The translations under genes and the position numbers were made by a program. The notes beneath the pieces are model-generated. The model searched no databases. It worked only from the letters and a program-made list of their open reading frames with translations, and was not told the DNA's origin. From NCBI GenBank assembly GCA_951406725.2, contig OX597814.1, forward strand, positions 156,922,001 through 156,986,000: 64,000 bases of DNA, written 5' to 3'. This document shows positions 39,986 to 53,244 of this stretch, in pieces. Numbering within the stretch: the first letter of the stretch is position 1; every line of letters begins with the position of its first letter. This DNA is from Octopus vulgaris. Its lineage: Eukaryota.

Positions 39986-40261
39986 GTATATATATATATA
40001 AGGCTAGTTGAGTTAGAAGTTAAAATAACCATCTAAGTGATAAAAATATCCATTACACTACCGGTATATTACCTATATTTAACCATATGTATACATAGGC
40101 AAACATATTATGTTCATAAGTTATAGGTAAAGACAAGGATAAACATGGGTTTATCAAAAATCAAAATTTAAAGACAACAGCAAATGGAGAAATACTGATG
40201 CACAACAATTGAATTACATCAATTATTATTTATTAATTCAATGCAAATAGACTGGATCCCA

Positions 40262-40604
40262 TCTAACAGCTGTTTCTGCTTCCAATGTTGTGTGGCATTG
40301 CCATTGGTATGCAAAAATATGTAAAAATATTAATCATATTTGGTTAATAAAACTGATCTGATACAAGGAGCTTCATCAGAGAGAAAAATAAATAAAGAAG
40401 AGCATAGAGAAGAAAAAGGGAAGAGGAGCATATGGTTGTAATCATACCATTTTGCTAAATGGTATGATTTCAACTATATTCAACTCTACCCTTTTTCTTC
40501 TCTATGCTCTCCTTCTCTATTTATTCATTACTCTGATGAAGCTCCTTGTTTCAGATCAGTTTTATTACCAACTATGATCAATATTTTTGCATATTTTTGC
40601 ATAT
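40262..40604. repeat. ~145-bp-arm palindrome with 4-nt loop carrying a hammerhead motif (minus strand 40262-40382)
   Basis: Centre aatcataccattt-tgct-aaatggtatgatt; minus strand tct-CTGATGA...GAAA-CAGCTG-TT-aga. Confidence 0.8.
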
Positions 40605-41328
40605 CAAAAATATTATATACTTGGGTATACACCATGTAATTTGCCATTTAAAGCCATTCTCAGTATTCCGTTACTTGATGTCATCAACAGTATGGAGGTA
40701 TATGCCACTGGATTTACTTCAGGAATTCCTTTGTCTCCTTGGAGTTTATAAATATGAGAGAAAGAAAATGTAGTTCTTCATATAGAAGAATAACACATTA
40801 CAACTACCAAACTGATTGACCCCAGTATTATTTTTAAAACCTAGTAGTTATCCTCTTGGTTTCTTTTGCCAAGTCTCTAAGTTATGAGGACATAAACTCA
40901 CCAACACTGGTTGTCAAACAGTGGTAGGGGAAAAACACATATACAAGCGCATGTGTGCTTGCATACACACACACACACACACACATGATGGGCTTCTTTT
41001 AGTTTCCGTCTACCAAATCCACTCAAAAGGCTTTGGATGGCCCAAGGCTATACCAGGAGACATCTGCCCAAGGTGCCACTCATTGGGATTGAATCCAGAA
41101 CTATGTGGTTAGGAAGTAAACTTCTTACCATACAGCTATAATTATGCTTTGGGATAATTTTTTTCAGGTTGAAATTCTATCCAATGCAGAGATATATATA
41201 GTAGTCTCAGATATAATACAATGTCTGGAGAAAAGATAAATAAATAAATAAAAACTAAGATGGCAGGAATGCTGGTAGAAGACACTTGTTATGTTATTAG
41301 GATTTTTTCTCCAATGGATCATATGTCA

Positions 41329-41892
41329 GTAGATAGACAGTTTGTCGACAGACAGTTGGCTGACAGACAGCGGGCTGACAGACACTTGGCCGATAGACAA
41401 TTGGCCAACAGACAGTTGCTAACAGACAACTTACAAACAGGCCCATTGACTGATTAGACAATTTTCCAAAAGGACAATATGTCGACATTTTTTAAAAACA
41501 AAGTAAAAATTACGAAAATATTTTATTAGACTTACAAATAAAAACAATTTATTTATAAAAAGATATTACGTACAATAGGTCGACATATGAAAAAAGCACA
41601 AATAGAAATAAAGATATCAAGTACAATTATGGGCATAGGTGGATATACGTGTTCAGAAGGAGTTGTGCTAATTTCATCATCAATCGTTGTCAGTCTAGCA
41701 CTTCACAGTTTATGATTTGCACATCTCCAATAAGTCTTTTAACTTTCTGGTTCTATCAATAATATAGGCGTACCCTTTGTATAGAAGATTCCTGCCTCCT
41801 CATTCCGTTTTGATGAACTCCATGATTGATACTTCTGCATGTTGCTTTATTGTCCAATCAGCAAATTGTATGTTGGCAAATTGTCTGCATAC
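41329..41892. mobile_element. Mutator/foldback-like element with 15-bp subterminal tandem repeats
   Basis: Left (gacagacagttggcc)-like array, inverted counterpart at right end; flanking 11-bp direct repeat atcatatgtca/atcataggtca. Confidence 0.6.
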
Positions 41893-41996
41893 ATCATAGG
41901 TCACCCAAGACATTTCTACCATGTTCTCAATTATAAGCTATCAGAGCCACTCCTTCAGTTTGGAGGAAGTGGCGTTTAGCCTCTATGTTTCCCCAG

Positions 41997-42256
41997 TGGA
42001 GGCATGTGGCTGAGTGGTTAGGCTGCTGGACTCACGATTGTAAGACTGCGGTTTTGATTCCTTGACTCAGCGACGTGTTGTGTTCTTGAGCAAAACACTT
42101 CATTCTACGTTGCTCCAGTCTACTCAGCTGGCAAAAATGACTTATCCTATGACAGATCAGCATCCCATCCAGGTAGGGAATTTATATGCCATGGAAACCA
42201 GGAAACTGGCCCTTATGAGTCAGTATGACTCGCAAAGGTAACTTTACCTTACTTTA
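41997..42256 (+). mobile_element. tRNA-derived SINE related to family C, different tail
   Basis: tggctgagtggttagg A-box, ttgtgttcttgagcaaaacact core, actttacct tail repeat. Confidence 0.65.
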
Positions 42257-43319
42257 CCATTAGTTTCTCCAAGGGAGGCCTTCCTCTCCCAGGTCTTTAT
42301 TGGTTTTGAATTGTCATCAATGCTTTGTATCTTGCTTTTTCTAGGCATGGGCTTTGGCCCAATGCGGCTGGCCTTGACCCATTGACCTGTCAAGCATTGG
42401 ATGCTCTACCAGAAACTTGTACTTTACTAGCATAGCTTTCAGGGTTACTGAGGTATTCAAGCCACCATAATATAACAAGAACTGGACCTTGCTTATACTG
42501 ATAACAGTGGAATTAAAGCTGGAATCAAATGATTGAGAAGGAAACTTCTTACTCAACACCATGAAGCTCTAACCCAGCTTTGGATAAAACATAATTTAAA
42601 ATGCTCAGATTGCTTCATTCCTTTCAAGATGTAATAGTTCTAAATAACTAATTGTAAATTGGTAAATATAAGTCCAGCATATGATATCAAGTGAAAGTTT
42701 CTATGGGGAAAATTCAATATAAATAGAAATAAATATTTTCAGTGAAAATTTCTACTATCTTTGCATTTCATTTTAAAAGCTGAAATTGAATTTTAAATTA
42801 ATTTTCTCTTGTTGTTGGGTTTGAGTGTATGGTATAATTATAGCTTTGAAGAAGTCCAATAAAACAGTGACTGGGAAGAAAATTAATGGCCCATTAACTA
42901 AATTGTCTCCTTAATCTGTGTCTCATCCAGGATTAAAACAAAATCTCATTATAAGTAAATAGCAATTTGTTATTTAACAATTAATTTGGAGTTTTAAATA
43001 CCAAATTACTTCTGACTTTTGAAATTTTCACCACCCACACTGCATTCTACATTTAGTAACAAAGTGATCACTAAAAGATTTTTATTTAACTTATAGTGAT
43101 GCTGCTGATGGTTATGGTGGTCACAATAAAGACAATGATAATGATAGTAATAATAATTTCAAACATTGGTACAAACCAGTAAGCTAAGTGGAGGAGTTAA
43201 TTGATTGAGATGATGTCAGTACTTGATGGGTACATTATTTTAGTGACCCTGGAGGGAAGAAATACAAAGTTAGCCTTGATAGGATTTGAACTTAGAGTGT
43301 AAAGAATCATGACAAATAC

Positions 43320-44638
43320 GATCATCATCATCATCATCATCATCAACATCGTTTAACGTCTGCTTTCCCTGCTGGCATGGGTTGGACGGTTTTCACTGGG
43401 GACTGGTGAGCCAGATGGTCGCACCAGGCTCCAATCTGATCTGGCAGAGTTTCTACAGCTGGATGCTCTTCCTAACGCCAACCACTCCAAGAGTGTAGTG
43501 GATGCTTTTATGTGCCACCAGCACGAGGGCCAGTCAGGCAGTACTGGCAATGGCTACACTCAAATAGTATTTTTATGTGTCACCTGCACAGGAGCCAGCC
43601 CTCACTTGAATGTTGTTTTTCATGTACCACCAGCACAAGTGCCAGTAAGGCAACACTGGTAATGATCACGCTCGAATGATGCTTTTTGCATGCCACCGGC
43701 ATGGGGGCCAGTCTGCGACCCTTACAACGATCACACTCATATGGTGCTCTTTAGCACAGATGCCTATCATGCGGTGCTGTCATCGAATTTAATTTCAATT
43801 TCAATTGCCTCAACAGCTCTTCGCAAGCAGAGTTTAGTGTCCAATGAAAGAAGGATACACCTAAGTGGGCTGGTAACACCACTGGCATAGGCCATGAGGT
43901 TACAGTCTCACTTGGCTTGCTGGGTCTTCACAAGCACAGCATATTTCAAAAAGTCTCAGTCACTAGTCATTGCCTCGGTGAGCCTAATTCGAAGTTCATG
44001 CTTCACCACCTCTTCCCAGGTCTTCCTGGGTTTACCTCTTCCATATTTTCCCTCAACCACTAGGGTGTGACACTTTTTTATACAGCTATCCTCTTCCATT
44101 CGCACCACATGACCATACCAGCACAGTCGTCTCTCTTGCACACCACGTCTGATGCTTCTGAGGTCCAACTTTTCTCTCAAGGAACTTACACACTGTCGAG
44201 TATGCAGACTGACATTACACATCCAGCGGAGCATGCTGGCTTCTTCCTTGCAAGCTTACGCATGTCCTCAGCAGTCATGGCCCATGTTTCTCTGCCATGT
44301 AGCATGGCTGTTCATACATATGCCTCATACAGTCTATCTTTTACTCTGAGTGAGAAGCCCTTTATTGAGCAGGGCCATCAACCTGAAGGGATTTGTGGTT
44401 TGTCTGTCTTCCTGCTTATTAGGACTTTGATTCTAATCCTTGCTTCCACACCTGAAACTTCTCCTTTTGTTCTGATAGTGACTCAGCAATTAGAGCAAGG
44501 TCATCAGCATAGAGGAGCTCCCGGGGGTATCCTGTCTTGAATTCCTCGATTATTGCCTGGAGAACTATGATAAATAGGAGGGGGCTGAGGACTGAACCTT
44601 GGACCCCTACCTCTACCTGGAATACTTCACTGTACTCC
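43320..44638 (-). mobile_element. Degraded RTE LINE with internal deletion
   Basis: QGSVLSPLLF, YADDL, MLRWMCNV; segment from the zinc finger to past the YLG motif is missing near 44364; (CAT)n tail. Confidence 0.9.
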
Positions 44639-45404
44639 AAGCATTTTAATCAAAGCTTTGTGATTCCTTAATGGCATGTCAACTCCAGAGAATTCTTGAT
44701 TTTTGCCATTCTCTCCCCTCTTATTCAGAGCCAATTCCAGCTGCCAATGAGTGAACATTTTGAGGTATAAGTGTAGGAGATTGGAAGAAAAAGTGGCAAC
44801 AGCTTGGAATATGGTTAATCTGATATCCTTTACTAAACAAGAAACTTGAGTTCTTTTTCCAAAGACTACAAGACACTGTGTATAAAATATTCTTAACTCG
44901 GCAATGTATTGTATGCCTCTATTTGCTGAACCTATGAAGCTTTTAAAAACGAACTTTGTGTGTGTGTGTGTGTATACATATATATATATATTGGCAAAAT
45001 AATATGCATTGAAATTGCATTAAACCTTTAAATATACTATGAATAAAACAAGTTTATTTTTTAACATAGGAGATAAATATTTCTTTTTTATCTTTATATA
45101 TGAAAATAGTGATACAAAATTATGTTTTCATATAAATGTTTTACTGTAAAAATATTAATGCATGTTTTTCACAAGGTGAGTTTCACACACAAAAAAAGGA
45201 GAATCACATTTTACTGAAAAGTTTGCATATAAAAAGTTTTTGTGTAAAATAAGTGTCAATGAATAAAATTTAGTGTATGTTTTAAGCATAGAACTTTTGT
45301 AGGTGAGAGAAAGTCATATTTTAGTAACTGGTTTTGATGTCCTCAGATTTAGAAAGTTTAAAGTATGTTCTCCAATGCACTTTTAGCACACACACACACA
45401 CAAA

Positions 45405-45472
<68 letters not shown>

Positions 45473-45620
45473 TACGTATATGCTGACAAGCAGTGATAGA
45501 GGTACAAACACAGACACAAAGGCACACACACATGTGCATGTGTTCATGTATGTATGTTTATATATATATATATATATGAGGAAAAGAATTTGAACATGTA
45601 GGAGTCTTTTAAAAGTATTA

Positions 45621-45660
45621 ACTTAACCGGTTTCACTTATCTAAAAAGATTTTCAAAAGT
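45621..45660 (-). ncRNA. Minimal hammerhead motif, U3-A8 core variant, eroded stem II
   Basis: actt-TTGAAAA-tctt(tttagat)aagt-GAAA-ccgg-TT-aagt. Confidence 0.5.
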
Positions 45661-46140
45661 AAAGTGTGAGGCTTTGTGTATCCTCTGCTGTGTAGTCAAA
45701 AATTAGTTTATATAAATGTATTCAAATCAAATGATAGAGTCTTTGACAATGATAAGAAAAAATTTGAGGCTTTGTGTATCCAGAGTGATGAGTCAAACAA
45801 TAGTTTACATAAAAACATTTAGATCAGATAATAGAATTTTTTTATAATAAGCAGATAAAAATTAGTTTGCATATATCCTGATAAAGTAATAAAGCCTTTG
45901 ACATGAAGATAAAACGTGTCTGGTTTGTCAATCAGTGGGTGCTGAAGTTTTTAGTCTCACAGTGATTAGAAACCAAAATTGCTTACAGTATCTTAGATTG
46001 AAAACAAGGTGAGTACAGAAATAACAGACCATTTATAATTCTCAGATCTGGCTTTACAGGTGTCACATCTAGCTGGATTTTTGCTGTTACTTACTGTTTT
46101 GAATATTTTGCAGTAACTTAATGGGAATTTTTTATAAATA

Positions 46141-46305
46141 GGTGTAGGAGTGGCTGTGTGGTAAGTAGCTTGCTTATGAACCACATGGTTCCGGGTTCAG
46201 TCCCACTGCGCGGCAACTTGGGCAAGTCTCTTCTACTATAGCCTCGGGCCAACCAAAGCCTTGGGAGTGGATTTGGTAGATGGAAACTGAAAGAAGCCCA
46301 TCGTA

Positions 46306-46344
<39 letters not shown>

Positions 46345-46572
46345 GTGTATGTGTGTGTATATGTTTGTGTGTCTGTGTTTGTCTCCCCAACATCACTTGA
46401 CAACCGATGCTGGTGTGTTTACGTCCCCGTAACTTAGTGGTTTGGCAAAAGAGACCGATAGAATAAGTACTGGGCTTACAAAGAATAAATCCTGGGATCG
46501 ATTTGCTTGACTAAAGGTGGTGCTCCAGCATGGCCACAGTCAAATGACTGAAACAAGTAAAATAGTAAATAG
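46141..46572 (+). mobile_element. SINE family A, full length, young
   Basis: CpG-retaining copy of family A. Confidence 0.9.
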
Positions 46573-46829
46573 AGTTGCAATTCTTTTGTATAAATCTTCC
46601 TTTTATCCAAAAATGATAAATATTGATGATTACCCATTAAATGCCAATGTCAGCCAGTATTTGTTTTCAAATGTAAAAACGTGTGAGTGGCTGATGGTGG
46701 TCACTTGGTCACAAAGTAGTTGGGGACTGCTAAAAAGGTTTTGAGGGCATTTAATCTGGTCATCATTTTTGACTGTTAAAAAGGTTTTGGGGTTAATATG
46801 TATGACTCATAAGTAAAGAATGGTGTCTA

Positions 46830-47394
46830 CACTACCGTCAGAAATTAATTAGCACCCTTGATTTGCTCACCATGAAGCATGGTGGGAGTGGTCTGATGGT
46901 GTGAGGGGCGTTCAGCTACAGTGGTGTTGGGCAGCTCTATGCTGTCGAAGGCAACATCAACGCAGCAAAGTACATTGAGATAGTACGGGATACCTCTTTG
47001 GTGGCGAGGAGTACGTGCTGGCCAGTCACCTGACCTGAACCCTATTGAGAACCTCTGGAGTCGATTGGGTAGGGATTTGAATGTGCAGCAATACAGGAAC
47101 CAACACGAGCTGTTTGGGGCACTTCTTGCTGCATGAGGGGCCATCCCTGCACAGTACCTGCAGGCACTCATAGACAGCATGCCGACCCGCGTAGCAGCTG
47201 TCATTGCTGCCAAAGGAGGTGCAACAATATTGACTAAATTTCATGATTAATAACAATTATGTGGTGTGCTGGGATATGTTTTAATAAATTTTTGATTAAA
47301 AACGAGTTCGTTTCTGATAATAAGTTAATTAAATTAAGAAAATGTAAGAAAATGTAGAAATTTGAGAAGTGCTAATTAATTTCCGACGCAAGTG
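46830..47394 (+). mobile_element. Internally deleted Tc1 element with both TIRs
   Basis: 26-bp TIRs (3 mismatches), TA flanks, KHGGSGLMV, SPDLNPIENLW, SMPTRVAAVIAAKGG. Confidence 0.9.
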
Positions 47395-47998
47395 TATTTG
47401 TGTAATTGTATGTGTGTATGTTTGTGTGTGTATGTTTGTGTGTGTGTGTGTTTTTCTGGGAAATCTGGATAGCAGGTTTATGTGTGTGTGTGTGTGTGCA
47501 TGTACGTGGGTGTTCCGTTTGCATGTGTGTATGTGTTTGTCTACATATGTGTGCATGCATATACGTGTATGTCCATGTGTATGTGTGTGCTGTGGTTGTC
47601 AGGGCAGTCTGTCTGTGTACGTGTGTATGTGTGTTATATTTGTCAGGGTGGTGTGTATATGTGTGCATATGTGTATGCATGTGTATGTGTGTGTTATATT
47701 TGTCAGGGTGCTGTGTTTATGTATGAGTGCATATGTGTATGTATGTTATGTTTGTTGGGGGTGGTGTGCATGTGTGCATATGTGTGTGTGTATGTGTGCA
47801 TGTATGTGCATGTGTATGTGTGTGTTGCATTTGTTAGGGCATATGTGTACATCTACGTGTGTACACATGTATGTATGCATATGCATGTGTGTGCATTGTA
47901 TTGGTTAGAATGGTTTGTGCCTGCATGTGGGTATGCGTGTGTGTTTATGTATGTGTGTGTGTTTGTGTATGTGTCTGTAACCACTAACTTTACTTTGT

Positions 47999-48080
<82 letters not shown>
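47395..48080. repeat. Degenerate (TG)n then (TA)n microsatellite
   Basis: Directly visible. Confidence 0.9.
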
Positions 48081-48084
<4 letters not shown>

Positions 48085-48312
48085 CTAGCAAATGCACCTA
48101 TTCTTTTGACAGTTTAAGTTGCTTTGAGGATATTTTTTTCACCAAATAATTGAACTACTGAGAAGGTTTATGAGTAGTATGGCAAGCTATGTTTCTGATT
48201 AACCTAGGAATGGAAAATCAAATTGAAAGCTGGTTATTGGGGAGATTTGCACTTTAATAATCATAGAATATATATGTTTGCAAATGACGCAAAGTAGAGC
48301 TACTATATATAT

Positions 48313-50636
48313 ATCATCATCATCATCATTTAACGTCCGTTTTCCATGCTAGCATGGGTTAGACGGTTTGACTGAGATCTGGAGAGCCAGCGGCTGCACC
48401 AGGCTCCAATCTGATCTGGCAATGTTTCTACAGTTGGATGTCCTTCCTAATGCCAACCTCTCTGTGAGTGTAGTGGATGCTTTTTATGTGTTACCAGCAC
48501 GGGAGCCAGTCAGGGGGCATTGGTCACTGTCCAACACATCAGGAATATTCCTAACAGGGCCGGACATGCATGGCTGCGATCTCACTTTAGTTGCTGGTCT
48601 TCTCAATCACAGCATATCTCCAAAGGTCTCAGTCTCCCATCATTACCTCTGTGAGGCCCAGTGTTTGAAGGTCATGCTTAACCACCTCATCCCATGTCTT
48701 CCTGGGTCTAACTCTTCCACAGGTTCCTTCTACAGTTAGCAAGTGGAAATTCACACAGCTGTTTTACTTCATACATAACGCAAGAACAAACCAGTGCAGA
48801 TCCCTCTCTTACACACTACATTTGATGCTTCTTATGCCCAACTTTTCTCTCAGGGCACTTACACTCTGTCGTGTATGCACACTGACATTACACATCCAGT
48901 GGATCATACTAGCTTCATTTCTTTCAAGCCTACGCATGTCCTCAGCTGTCATGGCCCTTGTTTCACTGCCATGCAGCATGGTAGTTCGCACACATGCATC
49001 ATACACTTTAACTTTCATCCTGAGCGAGAGGCCCTTAGTTGCCAGCAGAGGTAGGAGTTCGCTGAACTTTGTCCAGGATATTCTTACTCCAGTTGCTACT
49101 CTCTCAGAGCAACTACACCCACTACAGACTTGGTCACCTAGGCAGCAAAAACTATTAACTATTTCTAGTTTCTCCCCCTGGCATATAATGGAATCTGTTT
49201 TCTGTACACCTTCAGTGTTTATTACCCCAGTGCTATCTGCCACACACAAAAACTATTTTCCTAGTTAACCTGCCTTTGATATTGCTGCACCTTTAATGTG
49301 TCCATAGCTTACACTGGATACATTGTATGGAGTTTCTACCCATGCTTTTTCTACAGATTGAGCAGGGTCATCTACCTGAAAGGGGTTGTGATTTGACAGC
49401 CTTCCTACTTACTAAGACTGGTTTTTGCTTGGTTAACACTAAGGCCCTTCAATTCTAGACCTTGCTTCCACACCCTAAACTTTGTCTCCAGTTCTGCCAG
49501 TGACTCAGCTATTACAGCAAGGTCATCAGCACAGAAGAGCTCCCAGGGGCAGCCTGTTTTGAATTCCTCTGTTATTGCCTGGAGAACTATAATGAATAAG
49601 AGGGGGCTGAGGACTTATCCTTGGAGTACGCCTACTTCTACTCAGAATTCTTCAATATACTCGATGCCAACCCTCACCTTACTGCCAGAATCACTGTACA
49701 GCTCTTTCCAACTCCTTGTCTATCCCCAGTTTCTGCATTGACCACCAGATAAGGGATTGGGGGACCCTGTCAAAGGCTTTCTCCAAGACAACAAAAGCCA
49801 AGTACAGAGGTTTATCTTTGGCGAGATATTTCTCCTGCTGTTGCCTTACTAGAAATATAGCATCAGTGGTACTTCTGCCTGGTACAAAACCAAACTACAT
49901 CTCATCTAGGTTAACTCTCTCCCTAATTAGTTGGGCTATGACCCTCTTTGTAACTTTCATCACCTGATCCAATAATTTGATACCACTGTAGTTATTTCTG
50001 TCTAAAGCATCACCTTTCCCCTTGTAGCAGTTGACTATGGTGCTGCTACACCAGTCATTGGGTATGACTCCTTCATGAACTACCTGATTTATGATGCAGG
50101 TGACAAGACCATAACACACACCGCCAGATATTTTAAGCATCCCAGAACTGATTCCTGATGGGCCAGGTGCTTTCCCTGTTTTCATATCCTTAATTGCTTT
50201 ATCTACCTGGGTGCTGTTGATTCAGATAACTGGTCCCTCAATTGGGTCAACCTTTGACAGACTCTCCTCCTCTCATTCATTCTCCACATTCAGCAGTCTT
50301 CCATAATGGCTTCTCCAAGCCTCTTTCTTCACAGAATCATTAAACACAAGAGTACCATCATCCATGCGGATACATTTCTCTGTTATGACATCATGGTTTT
50401 CTCTCGCACATTGTCTTGCAATCTGAAATACTTCAGTTCTTTGGTCCTGATGTCACCAAACATTGGCAAACTTCTTCTTTTCTGCCAACCCTTTGGCTAT
50501 ATATGTACCTGTCTCTTAGCTTCCCTTTTCGCTATCTGATACAATATTCTGCTACCCTCACTCTTCCAGGCATTCCAAGCCCGTTTCTCTGTTTTAATGG
50601 CCCTGCCTACAGGATTGTTCCACCATCATGTTACAT
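48313..50636 (-). mobile_element. Degraded 5'-truncated RTE LINE, same subfamily as 30.5-33.3 kb
   Basis: KAPGPSGI, YKGKGDAL, RT motifs, shared long near-identical stretches with the 30.5 kb copy; (CAT)n tail. Confidence 0.92.
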
Positions 50637-51262
50637 GGTTGAATATAGAGAACAAATTTTTGTGTGGATTGTGGGTATTTGACACCTATTTCTAGCATTG
50701 GTGCTAGTCATTTTCAGTAGCCCTTAACTGTAATTATATTTTTATAATTAGATAATTAAAAAAATTTAATGTTACCTATATGGTCATTTTTACATGCTAG
50801 GTCACTGATATAATCATTTTTATGATTATAACCTTATATATATGTATCCAAATTTAGGGAATAGAGTAGATAAAATCCATGCTAAATATGTTTCCTAGCT
50901 AGTAGAAACTTGGACGTAGTAATTAGCCAAATGAAGGGTACTCCACTAGTTACTTATCAGGCCAAAGATACTTAAGTTAAGTACCTCATTTTTAACTGCC
51001 TACAACCTGAATAAATTGACTTGTATGAGCATAACAAGTTACTTTTTCCAAAGACTGAAACAGTTGTAAGAGTGATTTTAATGATTCCAATAATTTATAT
51101 TAATCTTTTTTTAATTGTATTCTTATCTTATATGTATTGAATTTTAATGTATATATGTATGTTATTATGGTTCTCATTTTGTTAAGTAAATTAGTCAAGA
51201 TTCTAATATCCTAAAGCTGATAAACCAACTAAATTGTTTCTCCATTTTCTTATTTGTATTAT

Positions 51263-51330
<68 letters not shown>

Positions 51331-51400
51331 GAATAAGGATAATATCGATATTATCAAGTGGCCAGCATGGGAATAAATACCATACAAAGGTAATAATTTT

Positions 51401-51575
51401 TCACAACTATAAATAAGGGTATCTGAGAGACACCACTATGCCGAAATAGCAGTCAAACCCTGACCCTAAAACCACCTAAAATGTTCAGGTGGTTTTTAGG
51501 TGGTTTTTATAGTCAGGGTTTGACTGCTATTTCGGCATGGTGGTGTCTCTCAGATACCCTTATTTATAGTTGTGA
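51401..51575. repeat. Near-perfect fold-back, ~64-bp arms, between (TA)n tracts
   Basis: tcacaactataaataagggtatctgagagacacca...aaaccctgac mirrored at 51512-51575. Confidence 0.9.
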
Positions 51576-52446
51576 TATATATATATATATACATATTTAT
51601 ATATAAAGGTATATATAATAGTATACTAACTTGTTCATAGTAGGCTGGTAAACTGAAGAGAGGCTTAGGAGTAAAATGGTTGAGAAACACTGATCTGGTC
51701 TAAATGTTTGCAGCAGACAGGCCTCTACAAAAGACAATCTGTTCCTAAGTTGTGGTGCATAATGGGGCAATGGATTAAAATTACATTGATTTGTCAAGAG
51801 TTTACGCGTACACTTTAGTACTTCCTACCTCAGTTTTGAAAAATAAAATCTCAAAGAATAAATTTTTAGTTTGGCTGAATGGTAAACAAATTTTATACTA
51901 TTTCGCCTTGAGATACAGTAGCTATCATTTGCAATTATTCTTGTGTTATTTCTGTTTTTCTATTAACTGATCACAGAATTTAGTAATTCGTAATTTAAAA
52001 GTTCTTCTGAAATAGCTTCATTCAATTACTTTAATTCAAATTTTGGTTGATTGATATTTTGTGTGCTTTTGTTATTTTTCTTTTCAAAGAGAGTATTTCA
52101 AGGCAACAGAAATAATAGAAAAACAGCAAAAAATTCAACAACAATGAATTATGAAGAGAATGAGCTTTTAAAGGTTACAATAAATAAATGTATATAAACA
52201 TATGTATATGTATGTATATATGTATCAAAATGTAACCACATGTGAATCATTGGCAATTTTTTTCCCCCATCTTCCTTTTCAATTGGACTTTCCTCTGTTT
52301 CTGAAGAAGACCTTTCTTTCCTTCCCCGAGCATCGGCTAATACTTTACATGTACCATGTCCTCGTGTTGTTGCTTTTTTGTGTTTGTTCTTAATTTTTTT
52401 ATTTACTATACACACACACACATATATATATATATACATATACAAA

Positions 52447-52488
<42 letters not shown>

Positions 52489-52653
52489 ATCAGTATGAGA
52501 AGTACACGTAAGCCTATGCTATCGTAATACAGCAGTATTACAAAAGCCTTACAGTGCCTTTAGTAAATTAAAAGAGGTACACCAAGGGAAATGAAAGAGG
52601 CTAAATCAGCTTAGCAGGAATGGACTTCTTTCATCTTCCCTTGCTATATGTGT

Positions 52654-52697
<44 letters not shown>

Positions 52698-52750
52698 ATA
52701 TGTATATATATATATATATATATTTAAAGCAGCAGAAAATTCAACAAAAC

Positions 52751-52788
52751 CTGTTACTCTGAGTTTCCCGTTGCCGTTCATCGGACAG
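52751..52788 (-). ncRNA. Minimal hammerhead motif, U4C core variant
   Basis: ctgt-CCGATGA-acg(gcaa)cgg-GAAA-ctcagag-TA-acag. Confidence 0.6.
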
Positions 52789-53244
52789 TTTTTGCTAGCA
52801 AAAATAAAGCATATTACTCTACCACTGGTATTTGAATACTCTTTTTTCCACCTTGTTTCACATTTATGTGTTTACTCCGGTATATATATATATATAAATA
52901 TATGTATTTGTATGAAATTAATATAGACAGTGGTGTGCAATGTTTTAGCAAAATGGAAAACTATAATTAATACCTTCTTTCCCCACAGACTAATAACAGG
53001 TAAGTTATATATATTTTTTCAAATAATTTTTTAACTGCTTATATTATTTTATTGGATATAACTTTTTATGTGTATTCCATGCAATAAGGTTATCCTGAAA
53101 TAGGAGTTGTGTTCTATTGGTAAAATCCCAAATTAGTAATAATATATATATACATATAAGGTTGAAAAGGAACACATGAGTTGATATATATATGGAAAAA
53201 ATGTCAAGGTAGAAATGCTAAAATAATTTTATAAAAAAACATTT

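Noticed and set aside
42341-42562. 73-aa ORF in non-repetitive-looking sequence
   Set aside because: No recognisable domain or clear exon boundaries.
51015-51075. GAAACAGTTGTAAG hammerhead 3' half
   Set aside because: Upstream core is degenerate (tgtatga) and stem II cannot be formed.
52285-52330. CTGAAGA in a PLE-like fragment
   Set aside because: No stem II or GAAA half follows; at most a deleted remnant.
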